Assembly (NCBI RefSeq): GCF_006345805.1
Contig: NC_043015.1
Location: 32,054,001-32,118,000 of the forward strand
DNA from: Octopus sinensis
Taxonomy: Eukaryota
Length of the DNA stretch: 64,000 bases
Reading direction: 5' to 3'
Shown here: in pieces, positions 41,502 through 52,656 of the stretch
Position numbering within the stretch: position 1 is the stretch's first letter
Layout: each line of letters begins with the position of its first letter
Program-made: the position numbers and the translations under genes
Notes under the pieces: generated by a model
Seen by the model: only the letters and a program-made list of their open reading frames with translations
What the model was told of the DNA's origin: nothing
Databases searched by the model: none

Positions 41502-42942
41502 TCTCATATATTAAAAGGCAAGTTGTCTGTCCGTGTGAACCACTTCTACAAGTACAATTTAAACTCAATTTCACCAAATTTGACATGTATGCTCTCTTTG
41601 ACTTAGGATGCTTTTTCTTATAATTTTTTCCTTGAAATTCCATGTCCCCCAACATAAATAGACTACTCTCAATTCGCCTAGGATTTGGCTTGAGCCAGTG
41701 AAAAAAACTTGACACACACCCAGCTAGAAAATATCAATACTTTACTTTGTCAGCTGTGGTAAGCTCTTATTGACTGCTTGCTCAGTACTGCCAGCAGTAT
41801 TCATTTGTGAGTTACGATTTGCTTCTGATTTCACGTGAGTGCTCTTTTTCATATAATTCCAACTTAAACTTGCCACTGCAAAACTCTTACCCAAAATTTT
41901 AAATCCTCAATTCGGTCTGTTGGATTAACATTTTTGCCAACTACATTTTACTATTTTTTGGGTGCTACACATTCACTGTTTTTTCCTTAGGATTTTTTCT
42001 ATTGCGTAAACTGATAATTTTTCACCATGCCCTGGATGCAAAAGATCCAGTATAGGTCGGCAAACAAATGCAGCAAAGAAAAGTAAACGTATGTGTGCAA
42101 ATGAATCTGCCGAGGATGCCGCCAAGAAGAACTCTCTCAATGCACTTAGGATGGCTTCAGCGTGAAGAAGGGAAAGTGAAGAGAGGTGTTGTTATTGGTT
42201 AGCATGTATCGCTGCACAATGAGCTACCCAGGGCAACGAGCAATGTTCAGCACGCTGAACAAGAAATGCTTCCTCTACTGCTGCTGCACGAGCTGCAGAG
42301 ACTGCAGCACAATGCACGGATTGACTTACAAGAGATGCTGCAGCAAATGCTGCTGCGTGTGCTACGGGGATTACAGAGGAAAGACAACAACGGATGTTGC
42401 TCTGCGTGGCAATCAAGAAAACATCAGGTAACCACACCCTTGTCACCTTATTTATTTCATTAGCGGAATCTTCACAGTATGCTCTCCGTTAAGTGGCCCT
42501 AATTGTGAAGTAGGCAACAGATACTACACTTTCCATCTTTGTTTGCACAGGCCACACGTCAAATTTTTTGTTCAGCTAATGTTGTATGTGCAACCCAGCG
42601 AAGCAGCAGGTAAACATACTGTTTCTCTTAATGTCATACCTTTAGGTTCAACCTTTTCACCTGCTAAACAGCACATGTCAGCAGTTATGTGGTAAGGAAA
42701 ATAAACTCAATTACTACCGGGTTTTTTACAGATCGACCTACTGTCCCAATGGAAAACAATGACAATGGTGTGGGCGTATGACTCTGCATGTTCACTTTTG
42801 CGCTAAATAAATCAAACCACACAGGGAACATCTGCCATTATGATTTCTTTCATTCAGTTCAGAGGTGCATCCATGAATGGTCTAATAACTAAACAAGCAT
42901 ACTTAACAAACAGCCCTGGGCAATGCCAAGTACACCTGCTAG
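41502..42942 (+). mobile_element. Internally deleted Helitron retaining RepHel N-terminal coding remnant
   Basis: A|TC 5' end (TCTCATATATTAAAAGGCAAGTTGTCTGTCCGTG), 3' GGGCAATGCCAAGTACACCTG-CTAG|T. Internal translation ..AARAAETAAQCTD*LTRDAAANAA.. resembles the RepHel N-terminal repeats. Confidence 0.65.
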
Positions 42943-43234
42943 TATATATACAACTTAGTATTTATACAACTTAGTATATATACAACTTAGTATATGTACA
43001 ACTTGCACATACAACATTCTCTGAACAAAAAATTTGAAGTGTGGCCTGTGCAAAAAAGACGGAAAGTGTAGTATCTGTTGCCTACTTCACAATTGGGGCC
43101 ACTTAACGGATAGCATACTGTGAAGATTCCGCTAATGAAATAAATAAGGTGACAAGGGTGTGGTTACCTGATGTTTTCCTGTTTGCCACGTAGAGCAACA
43201 TCCGTTGTTTCCTTTCCCCTGTAGTCCCCGTAGC
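42361..43234. repeat. Long inverted repeat, arms about 233 bp (42361-42593 / 43003-43234)
   Basis: Arms are reverse complements with scattered mismatches; about 410-bp spacer. Confidence 0.9.
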
Positions 43235-43419
43235 GTAGTATATATACAGCTCCATACAACTTAAAGTTTCAATGGCTCGTAGAACATATCTAACTCATCA
43301 GGAATTTGTGAGATCGACTCAAGGGATATGAGATGAATTTAAGGAGGCTTCTAGATGTTAGACTTCTATTAGTCAACTCAGGTCACATTGTGTTATTGGT
43401 CTGGAAGTGATATCAGTTA

Positions 43420-43937
43420 CCGTAAATCCTCGAGTATAGTCCACCCTTGAGTATAATACACAGCGGATTTTTAGGGGGCTGTAACTGTGAAAAACCTAAA
43501 AACCTTGTGTATAATACGCACCCCTTCTCTAACTTGAGTCAAGGAGGTCAATACAATGTCCTTGGTCTGTAACAATGTATATGGTAATGTCCTTTATTAT
43601 TATTGTATATATAACATAATGCAAACGTGAAGCTTTTTTGTGCATTTTGTTTGCAGAAAATAAAGAAATAACAGTAATAATGTTTAATAAATGTTGCTTA
43701 CTGCAAGTTATGGATGATTCTTTTATGGCTTCATTGCTTTCAGGCTTAGCTTAAGGTATTTTCGCACCCGACATCACAAAATGTGTCTGAATAAACATTG
43801 CTGGACAGCAAATAGAGACTCGGACATTGCTTAGAAAATAATTTTCATTTTTAACCTCGTATATAGTACGCATTAGGGGTTTTGACCTTTAAATTTGGGT
43901 GGGGGGGGGAATGCGGATTATACTCGAGGATTTACAG
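43420..43937. mobile_element. pogo-like MITE (518 bp) with TA TSD
   Basis: TA|CCGTAAATCCTCGAGTATAGTCC ... GGATTATACTCGAGGATTTACAG|TA. Confidence 0.85.
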
Positions 43938-44362
43938 TATTTTCTTTGTCCTTAGGCTGTGGTCTGACAGGATGTAGTTTAGATAGTTGTCACTGCTATG
44001 TCTTCTGGCTGTGATATAGTCTATTTAGTGATACCAGTTTGTTTCACTTACTGCTACACATAGCAGAACAAGGCGTTACCATGGATTAGTGGAGAACTAG
44101 TACAATAGTGTCACCAGCCTTTCTGTAGGAGTAACCAGATTTGGAGGTGTTAAGCTAGATTGTCAGCATGGATGGAACTGAAGGTTTATACAGGTAGTAA
44201 GGGCTAAGTACTGTGACCATGAGAATGGAGCAGCAGCCAAGACTAAGTTGGTATCGGTATTGTTGATTGCAGAAGTCATATACTTAGTATACTTGTATAC
44301 ATTTTCATATCTACACTAATTTACACCAGTAAATTAAGTAATACTGATACCAACTTAGTCTT

Positions 44363-44590
44363 GGTGAGCTGGCAGAAACATTAGCACGCTGGGCGAAATG
44401 CTTAGTGGTATTTCATCTGCTGCTATGTTCTGAGTTCAAATTCCGCGGAGGTCAACTTTGCCTTTCATCCTTTCGAGGTTGATTAAATAAGTATCAGTTA
44501 CGCACTGGGGTTGATGTAATCGACTTAATCCATTTGGCTGTCCTTCTTTGTCCTCTCTGTGTTTAGCCCCTTGTGGGTAGTAAAGAAATA
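44363..44590 (+). mobile_element. SINE family B, full length
   Basis: GGTGAGCTGGCAGAAAC...GTAGTAAAGAAATA. Confidence 0.85.
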
Positions 44591-44879
44591 GGTATTGTTG
44601 ATTGCTAATGGCTTGAAGTTGTTCTAAACAGACATGGCTCTATGAACAATTACACTTAACGAACACCATACCTATGAAATTCTAACGTCTTTCTGGCTTT
44701 ACTCTTTTTTTTCCCTTTCCTTAATTTTTGCTACTGACGAATACTTTTTGACAACTCAGATTCTTAAAATGAATTTATTGTCTTTCTGTATGAAACGATC
44801 GTATAGCTACATGAACAAAAACAATTTCAATCCATATTAACATCTAATCTCCTCCAATTATGAAAAACATGATTGAATT

Positions 44880-45302
44880 TACTCTTTTACTCTTTTACTT
44901 GTTTCAGTCATATGACTGTGGCCATGCTGGAGTACCGCCTTTAATTGAGCAACTCGACTCCGGGACTTATTCTTTTGTAAGCCCAGTACTTATTCTATCG
45001 GTCTCTTTTGCCGAACCGCTAAGTAACGGGGATATAAACACACCAGCATCGGTTGTCAAGTAATGCTAGGGTGACAAACACAGACACACAAACATATACA
45101 CACACATACATATACATATATATACATATACATATATATACATATAGATGACAGGCTTATTTCAGTTTCCGTCTACCAAATCCACTCACAAGGCTTTGGT
45201 CGGCCCGAGGCTATAGTAGAAGACACTTGCCCAAGGTGCCACGCAGTGGGACTGAACCCGGAACCATGTGGTTGGTAGACAAGCTACTTACCACGCAGCT
45301 AC
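44880..45302 (-). mobile_element. SINE family A, full length
   Basis: (ACTCTTTT)n tail to head ...TACTTACCACGCAGC. Confidence 0.85.
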
Positions 45303-45509
45303 TATATATATATATATATATATATAAAAATCACGGGATTTAGCATTTCCAGCACCAGTACCAGATGTTTCTTGTCTGCATACAATGTATTATAGGTGTG
45401 CTCTTTGCCCCATGCACCTTTATGAAAAGTCCCCTCAGGATGATTATCCAAGTATTTGGCCTTCTGACAATACATCCCTTTTGTGTAGGATATAAAGGTT
45501 GCCTTTATA

Positions 45510-45720
45510 ATTATTATTATCTTTGGCGATGTGTTGGCAGGAATGCTTAGCGATATTCCATCCAACTTCATTTTCTGAGTTTAAAATTCTGCTGAGAACA
45601 ACTTTACCTCTCATTCTCTCAGGAGTTATAAAATAAATATCGGTTGAGCACTAGGGTCAATGTATTCAACTTATTCCCTCCCCCAAAATTGCTGGCCTTG
45701 TGCCAAAATTTGAAACCATC
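45510..45720 (+). mobile_element. SINE family B, diverged
   Basis: TTGGCAGGAATGCTTAGCG...CTGAGTTTAAAATTCTGCTGAG...GCCTTGTGCCAAAATTTGAAACC. Confidence 0.6.
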
Positions 45721-45749
45721 ATCATCATCATCCTTCTTCTTCTTCTTCT

Positions 45750-46010
45750 TCTTATTATTATTATCATCATTGCCTTTGCACAGCTTCTAATGCTGGAGAT
45801 GTACTATGGTGTCAGCTATTCACTACCAGTGAACTAAAGGTAACACCTCTTATTTTTGGAGCACCTTCCGGAGTATTCGACTGGTTCCAAGCAATGCTGT
45901 TTTCCGCAAGCGCCCCATCCTTATTGCGGACCCCTATTTGTTCCATGTACTTCTTGAGATTTTTGCTCACTGTTCCCAGCGCTCCAACAATTATGGGCAC
46001 TACTGCTAAG
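45750..46010 (-). mobile_element. R4/Dong-type LINE 3' end
   Basis: Translation VPIIVGALGTVSKNLKKYMEQIGV.. then (frameshift) LQKTALLGTSRILRKVL; (AAT/AAG)n tail. Confidence 0.8.
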
Positions 46011-46121
46011 AAGAAGCAGAAGAATTATTATTATCATTATTATCATTATTATTATTATTATTATCGTTATCATTATCATCATCGTTATTATTATTATTAT
46101 TATTATATTATTATTATTATC

Positions 46122-46160
<39 letters not shown>

Positions 46161-46285
46161 CATTTATTGTTATTATTATTATTATTATTATCATCATCAT
46201 CGTTATTGTTATTATTATCATTGTTATTATTATATTATCATTGTTATTATTATTATATTATTATTATTATTACTATTATTATTAC
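46010..46285. repeat. (TAT/CAT)n tract
   Basis: Directly visible. Confidence 0.9.
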
Positions 46286-46958
46286 CAAGATGTTGCCTGG
46301 TAAAAGAAAAAAACTGGGTCACTGTTACCCCCCCCCCCGGCTGTGCTTCAGAGTACAACTGCTTGTTTATGAGAGTCCACCCCTGTTTTGCAGAGGGACC
46401 GACCTGGAGCGAAACAACAACAACACAGCAACACACCTAACACCACTTATACAAACAAGTCATTAATACTAACCATTATCAGCATCCCCCACCCCCATCG
46501 CCCCCACCTCCACCATTGTGTCTCCCCCCTACCACCATGCACCCCCACCACCACCATCACGCCCCTTACCCCACCCCGGACAAAAATAACACCAGCTCAC
46601 CCAGATTTGGGTTAATTAGAAGGTTTGTAAGCAACGATAATCCACTTAGAGATAATCTGAGATGTCGAGAAAAACGGAGGGGGAGTGTGTGGTGGTAGTG
46701 GCGGCGGTGGTGATGGTGATGGTGGCGAGGGAGATGAGAGGATGGAAAGACTTGCAGGTGGTAGTTGTGGTGGTGGTGGTGGTGGTGGTAGTGGTGGTGT
46801 GTTTGTTATTGTTATTAGTGGCGGTAGTGGTGGTGGTGGCGGTGGTTGTTGTAGTTGTTGTTATTGTAGATGTTAATGATGGAAAGGAGAAGAGGGGGGG
46901 ACTTATGTTGGAAGTGAGAGAGTGTATGTATACGAGAGAGAGAGAGAGAGAGAGGGGG

Positions 46959-46996
<38 letters not shown>

Positions 46997-47086
46997 GATG
47001 TTAGGGAATGTGTGGGTAGATGTAAAAGAATTTCAGGGTCACTCACGGTTAATTTGGTTAATACTTTCATATCAGAATGTGTGGGA

Positions 47087-47127
<41 letters not shown>

Positions 47128-47604
47128 GTATCTTTTCTGTTTTGACTTCAAAATCTCCACAGGTGCATCCAAACAGAAAAGATCCAGTGTTTGCCCCCCC
47201 CCCCCACCGCTTGTCAACCGGTGTTGATATGTTTATATCCCCGGAAATAGCGGTTCGGCAAAACATAACGACAGAATAAGTACCTGGCTTAACAAAAAAA
47301 AAAAAAAGAAAACAAAAGAAAAGAAAAAAAGAAAGAAAAAGAAAAGAATACAGAAAAAGAAATAGTATCGGGGGGGGGTCGACTCATTTGACTAAAAATT
47401 CTTCAAGTTCGTGCCCTAGCTTGGTGGGGCTCTTATACCAGACCCGGCCCAAAAGCTGGCAACAAAGGTACCCAAGAATACCATGCAGTCACGCCATATT
47501 CCTGCTATAGCGGGAATGGGTTAAGCTTCGTATCAGCAGGAAAAGAAGGTGCAGCCGATTCCATCCATTAGTTTGTCTGCAATCCTTACTCTTCAGCTGT
47601 TTAT

Positions 47605-47895
47605 GGAACTCTTTTACTTGTTTCAGACATTTGACTGTGGCCATACTTGTAAGCCTAATACTTATTCTATCGGTCTCTTTTGCCGAACCGCTAAGTTACG
47701 GTTGTCAAGCGATATTGACACACAAATACTTTTATATATATACATATATACGACAGGCTTCTTTCAGTTTCCGTCTACCAAATCCACTCACAAGGCGTTG
47801 GTCGGCCCGAGGCTATAGTAGAAGATACTTGCCCAAGGTGCCACGCAGTGGGACTGAACCCGGAACCATGTGGTTCGTAAGCAAGCTACTTACCA
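47605..47895 (-). mobile_element. SINE family A with internal deletions
   Basis: Head intact (CAGTCACTCCTGCGCCT); 3' module shortened. Confidence 0.8.
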
Positions 47896-48439
47896 CACAG
47901 TCACTCCTGCGCCTATTTATTTGTTGCTTGGTAAATTTAGACACAGCGACTCCAGGCAACAAGTTATTTCTGCCATTCAAGTAGGTAATGGCATGATTTG
48001 AACTCAGAATGTTCAGAACTGGAATAAAATCTCACAATACGTCTTGGTCTAACAACCTTACAGTTTTGCTAATCCACATTCCCTGTGTTATGTTTTATTT
48101 TATTTTGTTTTTTATCAAACCCTAAAAGGATGGGAAACTCTGCCATAGCCCGTCCCAAGCCTGGTTGAGAATGGAAGAGGATGGGAGGCACAGGGTTAGC
48201 TGTCCTAAATTGTCATTTTTCCTACTTTGCACATTACTAGCGAAACACCAAGAGAATGTAAGAAAACTAATTACTGGTAAGGGGAGATAATTCTCTGAAA
48301 CTACATATGGAAGCCACATAATCCTTTTTACTGATAGGCACAATTCCTGATATTTGGGTGTTTTTTTTAAATTCCAGTTCTGTAACGCCATATTCCTGCT
48401 ATAGTGGGAATAGGTTAAGCTTCGTATCAGCCGGATTCT

Positions 48440-48770
48440 CGTTAAACAGGTAACGAACAACCGATGCTGGTGTATTTACGGGCCCGTAACTTAGCGGTTC
48501 GGCAAAAGACACCGATAGAATAAGTCTTAGGCTTACAAGCATGGCCATAGTCAAATGACTGAAACAAATAAAAGAGTTGCATAAAAGCTCAAGAGTGAGT
48601 ACCAACTGGTACTTATTTTATCGATCTCGAAAGGATGAAAGGTGAAGTCGACCTCGGAAGAATTTGAATTCAGAACGTGTGGACGGAAGGACGGACGAAA
48701 TGCCGCTCAGCATTTTGCCTGGAGTGGTAACTGTTCTGCCAGCTTAGTCGCCTTATGAAGCCACAGAATG
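48440..48770. mobile_element. SINE family A 3' module (+, 48440-48590) abutting SINE family B (-, 48595-48770)
   Basis: Recognisable family motifs, tail-to-tail. Confidence 0.7.
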
Positions 48771-48881
48771 ATAGCCAAAAGAGAAGCTACAATAAAGAAC
48801 CTTCCCCCATGAAGGGAAATTTGGAAAACCAAAAGCAACATGGGAAAAGCCTACAGAAACATCCTTCTACTATAGCCTTGG

Positions 48882-49090
48882 GCTGCATCCTTCAAAACTT
48901 CCATGCTTCCTGAGATTCGCCAACACTACACCTGGTTTTCTCCCCTCCATACACACAAGCAAGCATGTATCTGACTCATACACTGTTCACTTCCCAAACA
49001 TTTGTACATTACTGCATGTACTTTATACGCACTTTTGACAAGTTGTGGGGCACCTGAGCACTGTATACAATAATAATAATAATTATTATT
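48882..49090 (+). mobile_element. CR1-LINE 3' end
   Basis: GCTGCATCCTTCAAAACTTCCATGCTTCCTGAGATTCGCC...GCACTGTATACAATAATAAT. Confidence 0.85.
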
Positions 49091-49181
49091 ATATATATAT
49101 ATATATATATGTGACCTCGTGTGTACCGTTGGTGATTTTTTCCCCTCTGTCTTCCCTTCTCTGGATCTTTCCTTCTCCTAT

Positions 49182-49216
49182 GTTTCCGACGAAGAGCTCC
49201 GCTCGAAACGTTAAAC
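49182..49216 (+). ncRNA. Minimal type-I hammerhead-like motif (Penelope/retrozyme type), U4C variant
   Basis: GTTT-CCGACGA-A-GAGC TCC GCTC-GAAAC-GTT-AAAC: stem I 4 bp, stem II 4 bp, palindromic AACGTT stem III. Sits in a roughly 200-bp element between (TA)n tracts. Confidence 0.55.
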
Positions 49217-49724
49217 CCTCCTTCTTTCCTGAGCGTCCAATAATACTATATTTGTTCCACGTCCTCGCGTTGTTGTGTTTTTTTTTTTGTGTTTTCTTGT
49301 TTGGATTAACTATATATATATATATAGAGAGAGAGAGAGTATTTCTTTATTCACCATACGTTTGAGAAAAAGAGGGGACGATACGGGGGACAGACAAAAC
49401 AAACGTTGGGGTCAGGGTATCGAATGAGACGAAACGTATGAATAAACAAACAATTAAAATAAATACAATTAAATGAGAATGAGTGATTAACCAAAAAAAT
49501 GAAGCGGAGGACACGGTTGACCCCACAAACCACAGACTCACACTGAAGGCTTTGCTTTCTCCTTTTTTTACATTCTCGTTTAAACAGGTTCTTTCACTCG
49601 CAACATACTTGCTCCAGACTTCCATCTTTTACAGAGAATCTTTAAAGGGAGTTAATTCTGGTCATGAGTATGTTAATAATTACTTCCCTTTAAATAATTT
49701 TTACATTCTTCTATGTCTGTGTAT

Positions 49725-50133
49725 ACTCTTTACTCTCTTTTACTTTTTTCAGTCATTAGACTGCGGCCATGCTGGAGCACCGCCTTTAATCGAGCAACTC
49801 GACCCCGGGACTTATTCTTTTGTAAGCCCAGTACTTATTCTATCGGTTTCTTTTGCCGAACCGCTAAGTAACGGGGACATAAACACACCAGCATCGGTTG
49901 TCAAGCAATGCTAGGGGGAGAAACACAGACACACAAACACACACACGCATATATATATACATATATACGACGGGCTTCTTTCAGTTTCCATCTACCAAAT
50001 CCACTCACAAGGCTTTGGTCGGCCCGAGGCTATAGTAGAAGACACTTGCCCAAGGTGCCACGCAGTGGGACTGAACCCGAAACCATGTGGTTGGTAAACA
50101 AGCTACTTACCACACAGCCACTCCCCTGCCTAT
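49725..50133 (-). mobile_element. SINE family A, full length
   Basis: All modules present. Confidence 0.85.
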
Positions 50134-50349
50134 GATTAATTTCTGATAGGAACACTGTATTTCGTCCAGCTGCTATAATATACTACCGAGTATATTAAAG
50201 ATTTATTAAAGTCAATATTATGTTCTACCTTTTTCCTTAGCAGTGCTCTGGTGGCAAAGTTAATTTATCGCTATTTTAGGGTCCACCAGAGCCCATGGAA
50301 ACTTTACTGGTTGTCTCAACAGCATATGGTAAAGAATTCTGAAACCAAA

Positions 50350-51400
50350 TACAAAGATAGAACGTTGCATTCCAGGTGATATCATTTGGAGCAGATATCA
50401 TATCTGAAGGACAATTTAAGCCAACTTTCAGAGAATCGGATCACTCCAATCGTTGCCGAATGAAGAACCGAAGTTTTTGCAGATATATTTCAGAGGCGAT
50501 TCTATTATTGAAAGCCAGACTAGGCACAACGGGGACCTATTCACAAGGTTAGACCTGATACTACAGCTACAAGGGTTGCTTCATTCTCATTACAGCTACA
50601 TTACCAGTTTTAAATGTTTTGGGAGTTACTGCAAATACACCCTAGTTTAAAATAGTCACTGACACCGATAAGAGACCCTCAACGGAACATTCTCACAGAT
50701 TTCATGCTCCAGAATGTTATGAAGTTATGAAGACTCGTTATGAAGAATTGTTATGAAGACTCTTGTGATTACTAGAGAGAATCATGGCAGCAAACGAAAT
50801 ATTGGGTTAAAAATATGTGACAACAGCATTCAATTCATCAGAGAAACCTACCATTCCTATGACATGCTACAATATCCTTTATTTTTTGTGAAAATGGACA
50901 CAAACTTCTGATGATGGTTACCCATCTTACCATCAAAGAAGCCCAGATGCAGAAAGTTTCAAAGCCAATATTGGGTGATATGAGATTAACAACCGATGGA
51001 TCATGCCCTGTAGTCAACTCCTTAGCAAAGCTTCCAGCTCTCACATAAATATCAAATATTGTCACTCAGTCAAAGTTCTGATGCTGCCATGTTTGTGTTA
51101 CAGGCAATGAAATATGTCCAAGGAGGTGTCCAACTTCCAATACGGCTGAGTGTTACAGCAGTAATGAAGAGCATTCAGGTGCATTTTTGGATTCCCAGCT
51201 CATGCCCATTACCCCAAAATCTTGACATCCATTTGGAAAATGGACAATGAGTGTATTTTACGACCTTGAAATGCAGACCAAGCTACAGCACCTACAAAGA
51301 CAACTTTGCTAGCATTTTTTGGACTTTGTAGAACTGACAGCTTGTGCTGGTCAAGTTTGGGCTTGCCTAAAGTCATCAAATTTATGGCCAGGTATCAGCA
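50350..51400 (+). mobile_element. Decayed Helitron Rep-domain fragment
   Basis: Frameshifted translation FQVISFGADIISEGQFKPTF..RIGSLQSLPNEEPKFLQIYF..LQGLLHSH..RETYHSYDMLQYPLFF..INNRWIMPCSQLLSK..SHINIKYCHSVK..IHLENGQ*VYF..KTTLLAFFGLC matches Helitron Rep motifs. Confidence 0.9.
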
Positions 51401-51462
51401 AACACAATTTAAGAACCATTCACAGTGCCAATGTAAAATGGCGACAATTTACCCATCGCACC

Positions 51463-51503
<41 letters not shown>

Positions 51504-51730
51504 TATATTAATCAATATAGGGTGGCAAAAAATTTTGTAGAATTTTAATCAGGTTAGTTTACCATTAAACAGTAGATGAAACGGTGCATCGTATAAGAAA
51601 TTACAGGGTAAATGTTTTTTAATTTTCTCCTGGTTTGCGGAATTAATGTTATTTTGCGGTTGAAGCTTTGGCTGTTATTTCTAGTGGGTGAATGGCCTAT
51701 TATGGCCGTTCCTTGATTGTTGATATATAA

Positions 51731-51767
<37 letters not shown>

Positions 51768-51789
51768 AATATATTATATATATATGTAT

Positions 51790-51821
<32 letters not shown>

Positions 51822-51906
51822 GTATAAGGATGGAAAGGAACACACGAGTTGATATATATGAAAAAATAAGTCAAGATAGAAAATGCTAAAATAATTTTAT
51901 AAAGAA

Positions 51907-51954
51907 CATTTCAGTACCGGTTTCGGTCATTTTGAGACCTTTTCAACTGTAACG
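51907..51954 (-). ncRNA. Minimal type-I hammerhead ribozyme with U3-A8 covariant core
   Basis: Minus strand CGTTACAG-TTGAAAA-GGTC TCAAAAT GACC-GAAA-C CG G-TA-CTGAAATG. Stem I 7/8 pairs, stem II 4 bp closed by G10.1-C11.1, palindromic ACCGGT stem III, GUA cleavage triplet. Confidence 0.7.
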
Positions 51955-52084
51955 ATTAAATAATTAAATTTAAAAAAATTAAAAGAAAAGTTTTTTTAAA
52001 AGAATATTTGAATAGTGTTCAAATATCAGTGGCATTTTCCTTGTTTCTGCCTTTCTCTGTCTCTCTTGTTTACACTTAAAAAAA

Positions 52085-52415
52085 GTCATGGGAGCTGTGC
52101 TGTTTTCGTGGACATATTTACAAAGTCAGAAAACAGCACAGCTCCTTCCATGACTTCAGGAAACATTTTTTCACGCTTAGAGTTGCTGAAGCATGGAACA
52201 AACTGCCGGCATCAGTTGTTAGTTGTCGGAGCACTGCATCCTTCAAAACTTCCATGCTTCCTGAGATTCGCCAACACTACACCTGATCTTTCTCCCCTCC
52301 ATACACACACACAAGCATGTATCTGACTCATGCATTGTTCACTTTCCAGACATTTGTACATCACTGCATATACTCTGACAAGTTGTGGTGCACCTGAGCA
52401 CTGTATACAATAATT
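52085..52415 (+). mobile_element. CR1-LINE 3' end with a 23-bp inverted copy at its 5' junction
   Basis: Translation ..RKHFFTLRVAEAWNKLPASVVSCRSTASFKTSMLPEIRQHYT*. 52085-52107 is the reverse complement of the family sequence at about 52129-52154. Confidence 0.85.
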
Positions 52416-52417
52416 TC

Positions 52418-52535
52418 CCCAGACCCTAAGTAAAGCATGTGTAAAATTTGAATGAAATTGGTTGTGTAGTTCTCAAGTTTTAGGGAAACACACAGACAGA
52501 CAGACACACATTCTCAGTTTTATATATATAGAGAT
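52418..52535 (-). mobile_element. Helitron (Lep1-like) 5' terminal fragment
   Basis: Minus strand TCTCTATATATATAAAACTGAGAATGTGTGTCTGTCTGTCTGTG...CCAATTTCATTCAAATTTTAC. Confidence 0.65.
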
Positions 52536-52583
52536 ATATACATACACACACACACACATATACACATGTATACATATATTCAA

Positions 52584-52614
<31 letters not shown>

Positions 52615-52656
52615 CATGTGTGTGTGTGTGTGTGTGTTTCAAATACTCTATATTTC

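Noticed and set aside
50838-51250. ORFs 50838-51065 (-) and 51059-51250 (+)
   Set aside because: They are antisense or off-frame readings of the decayed Helitron Rep fragment.
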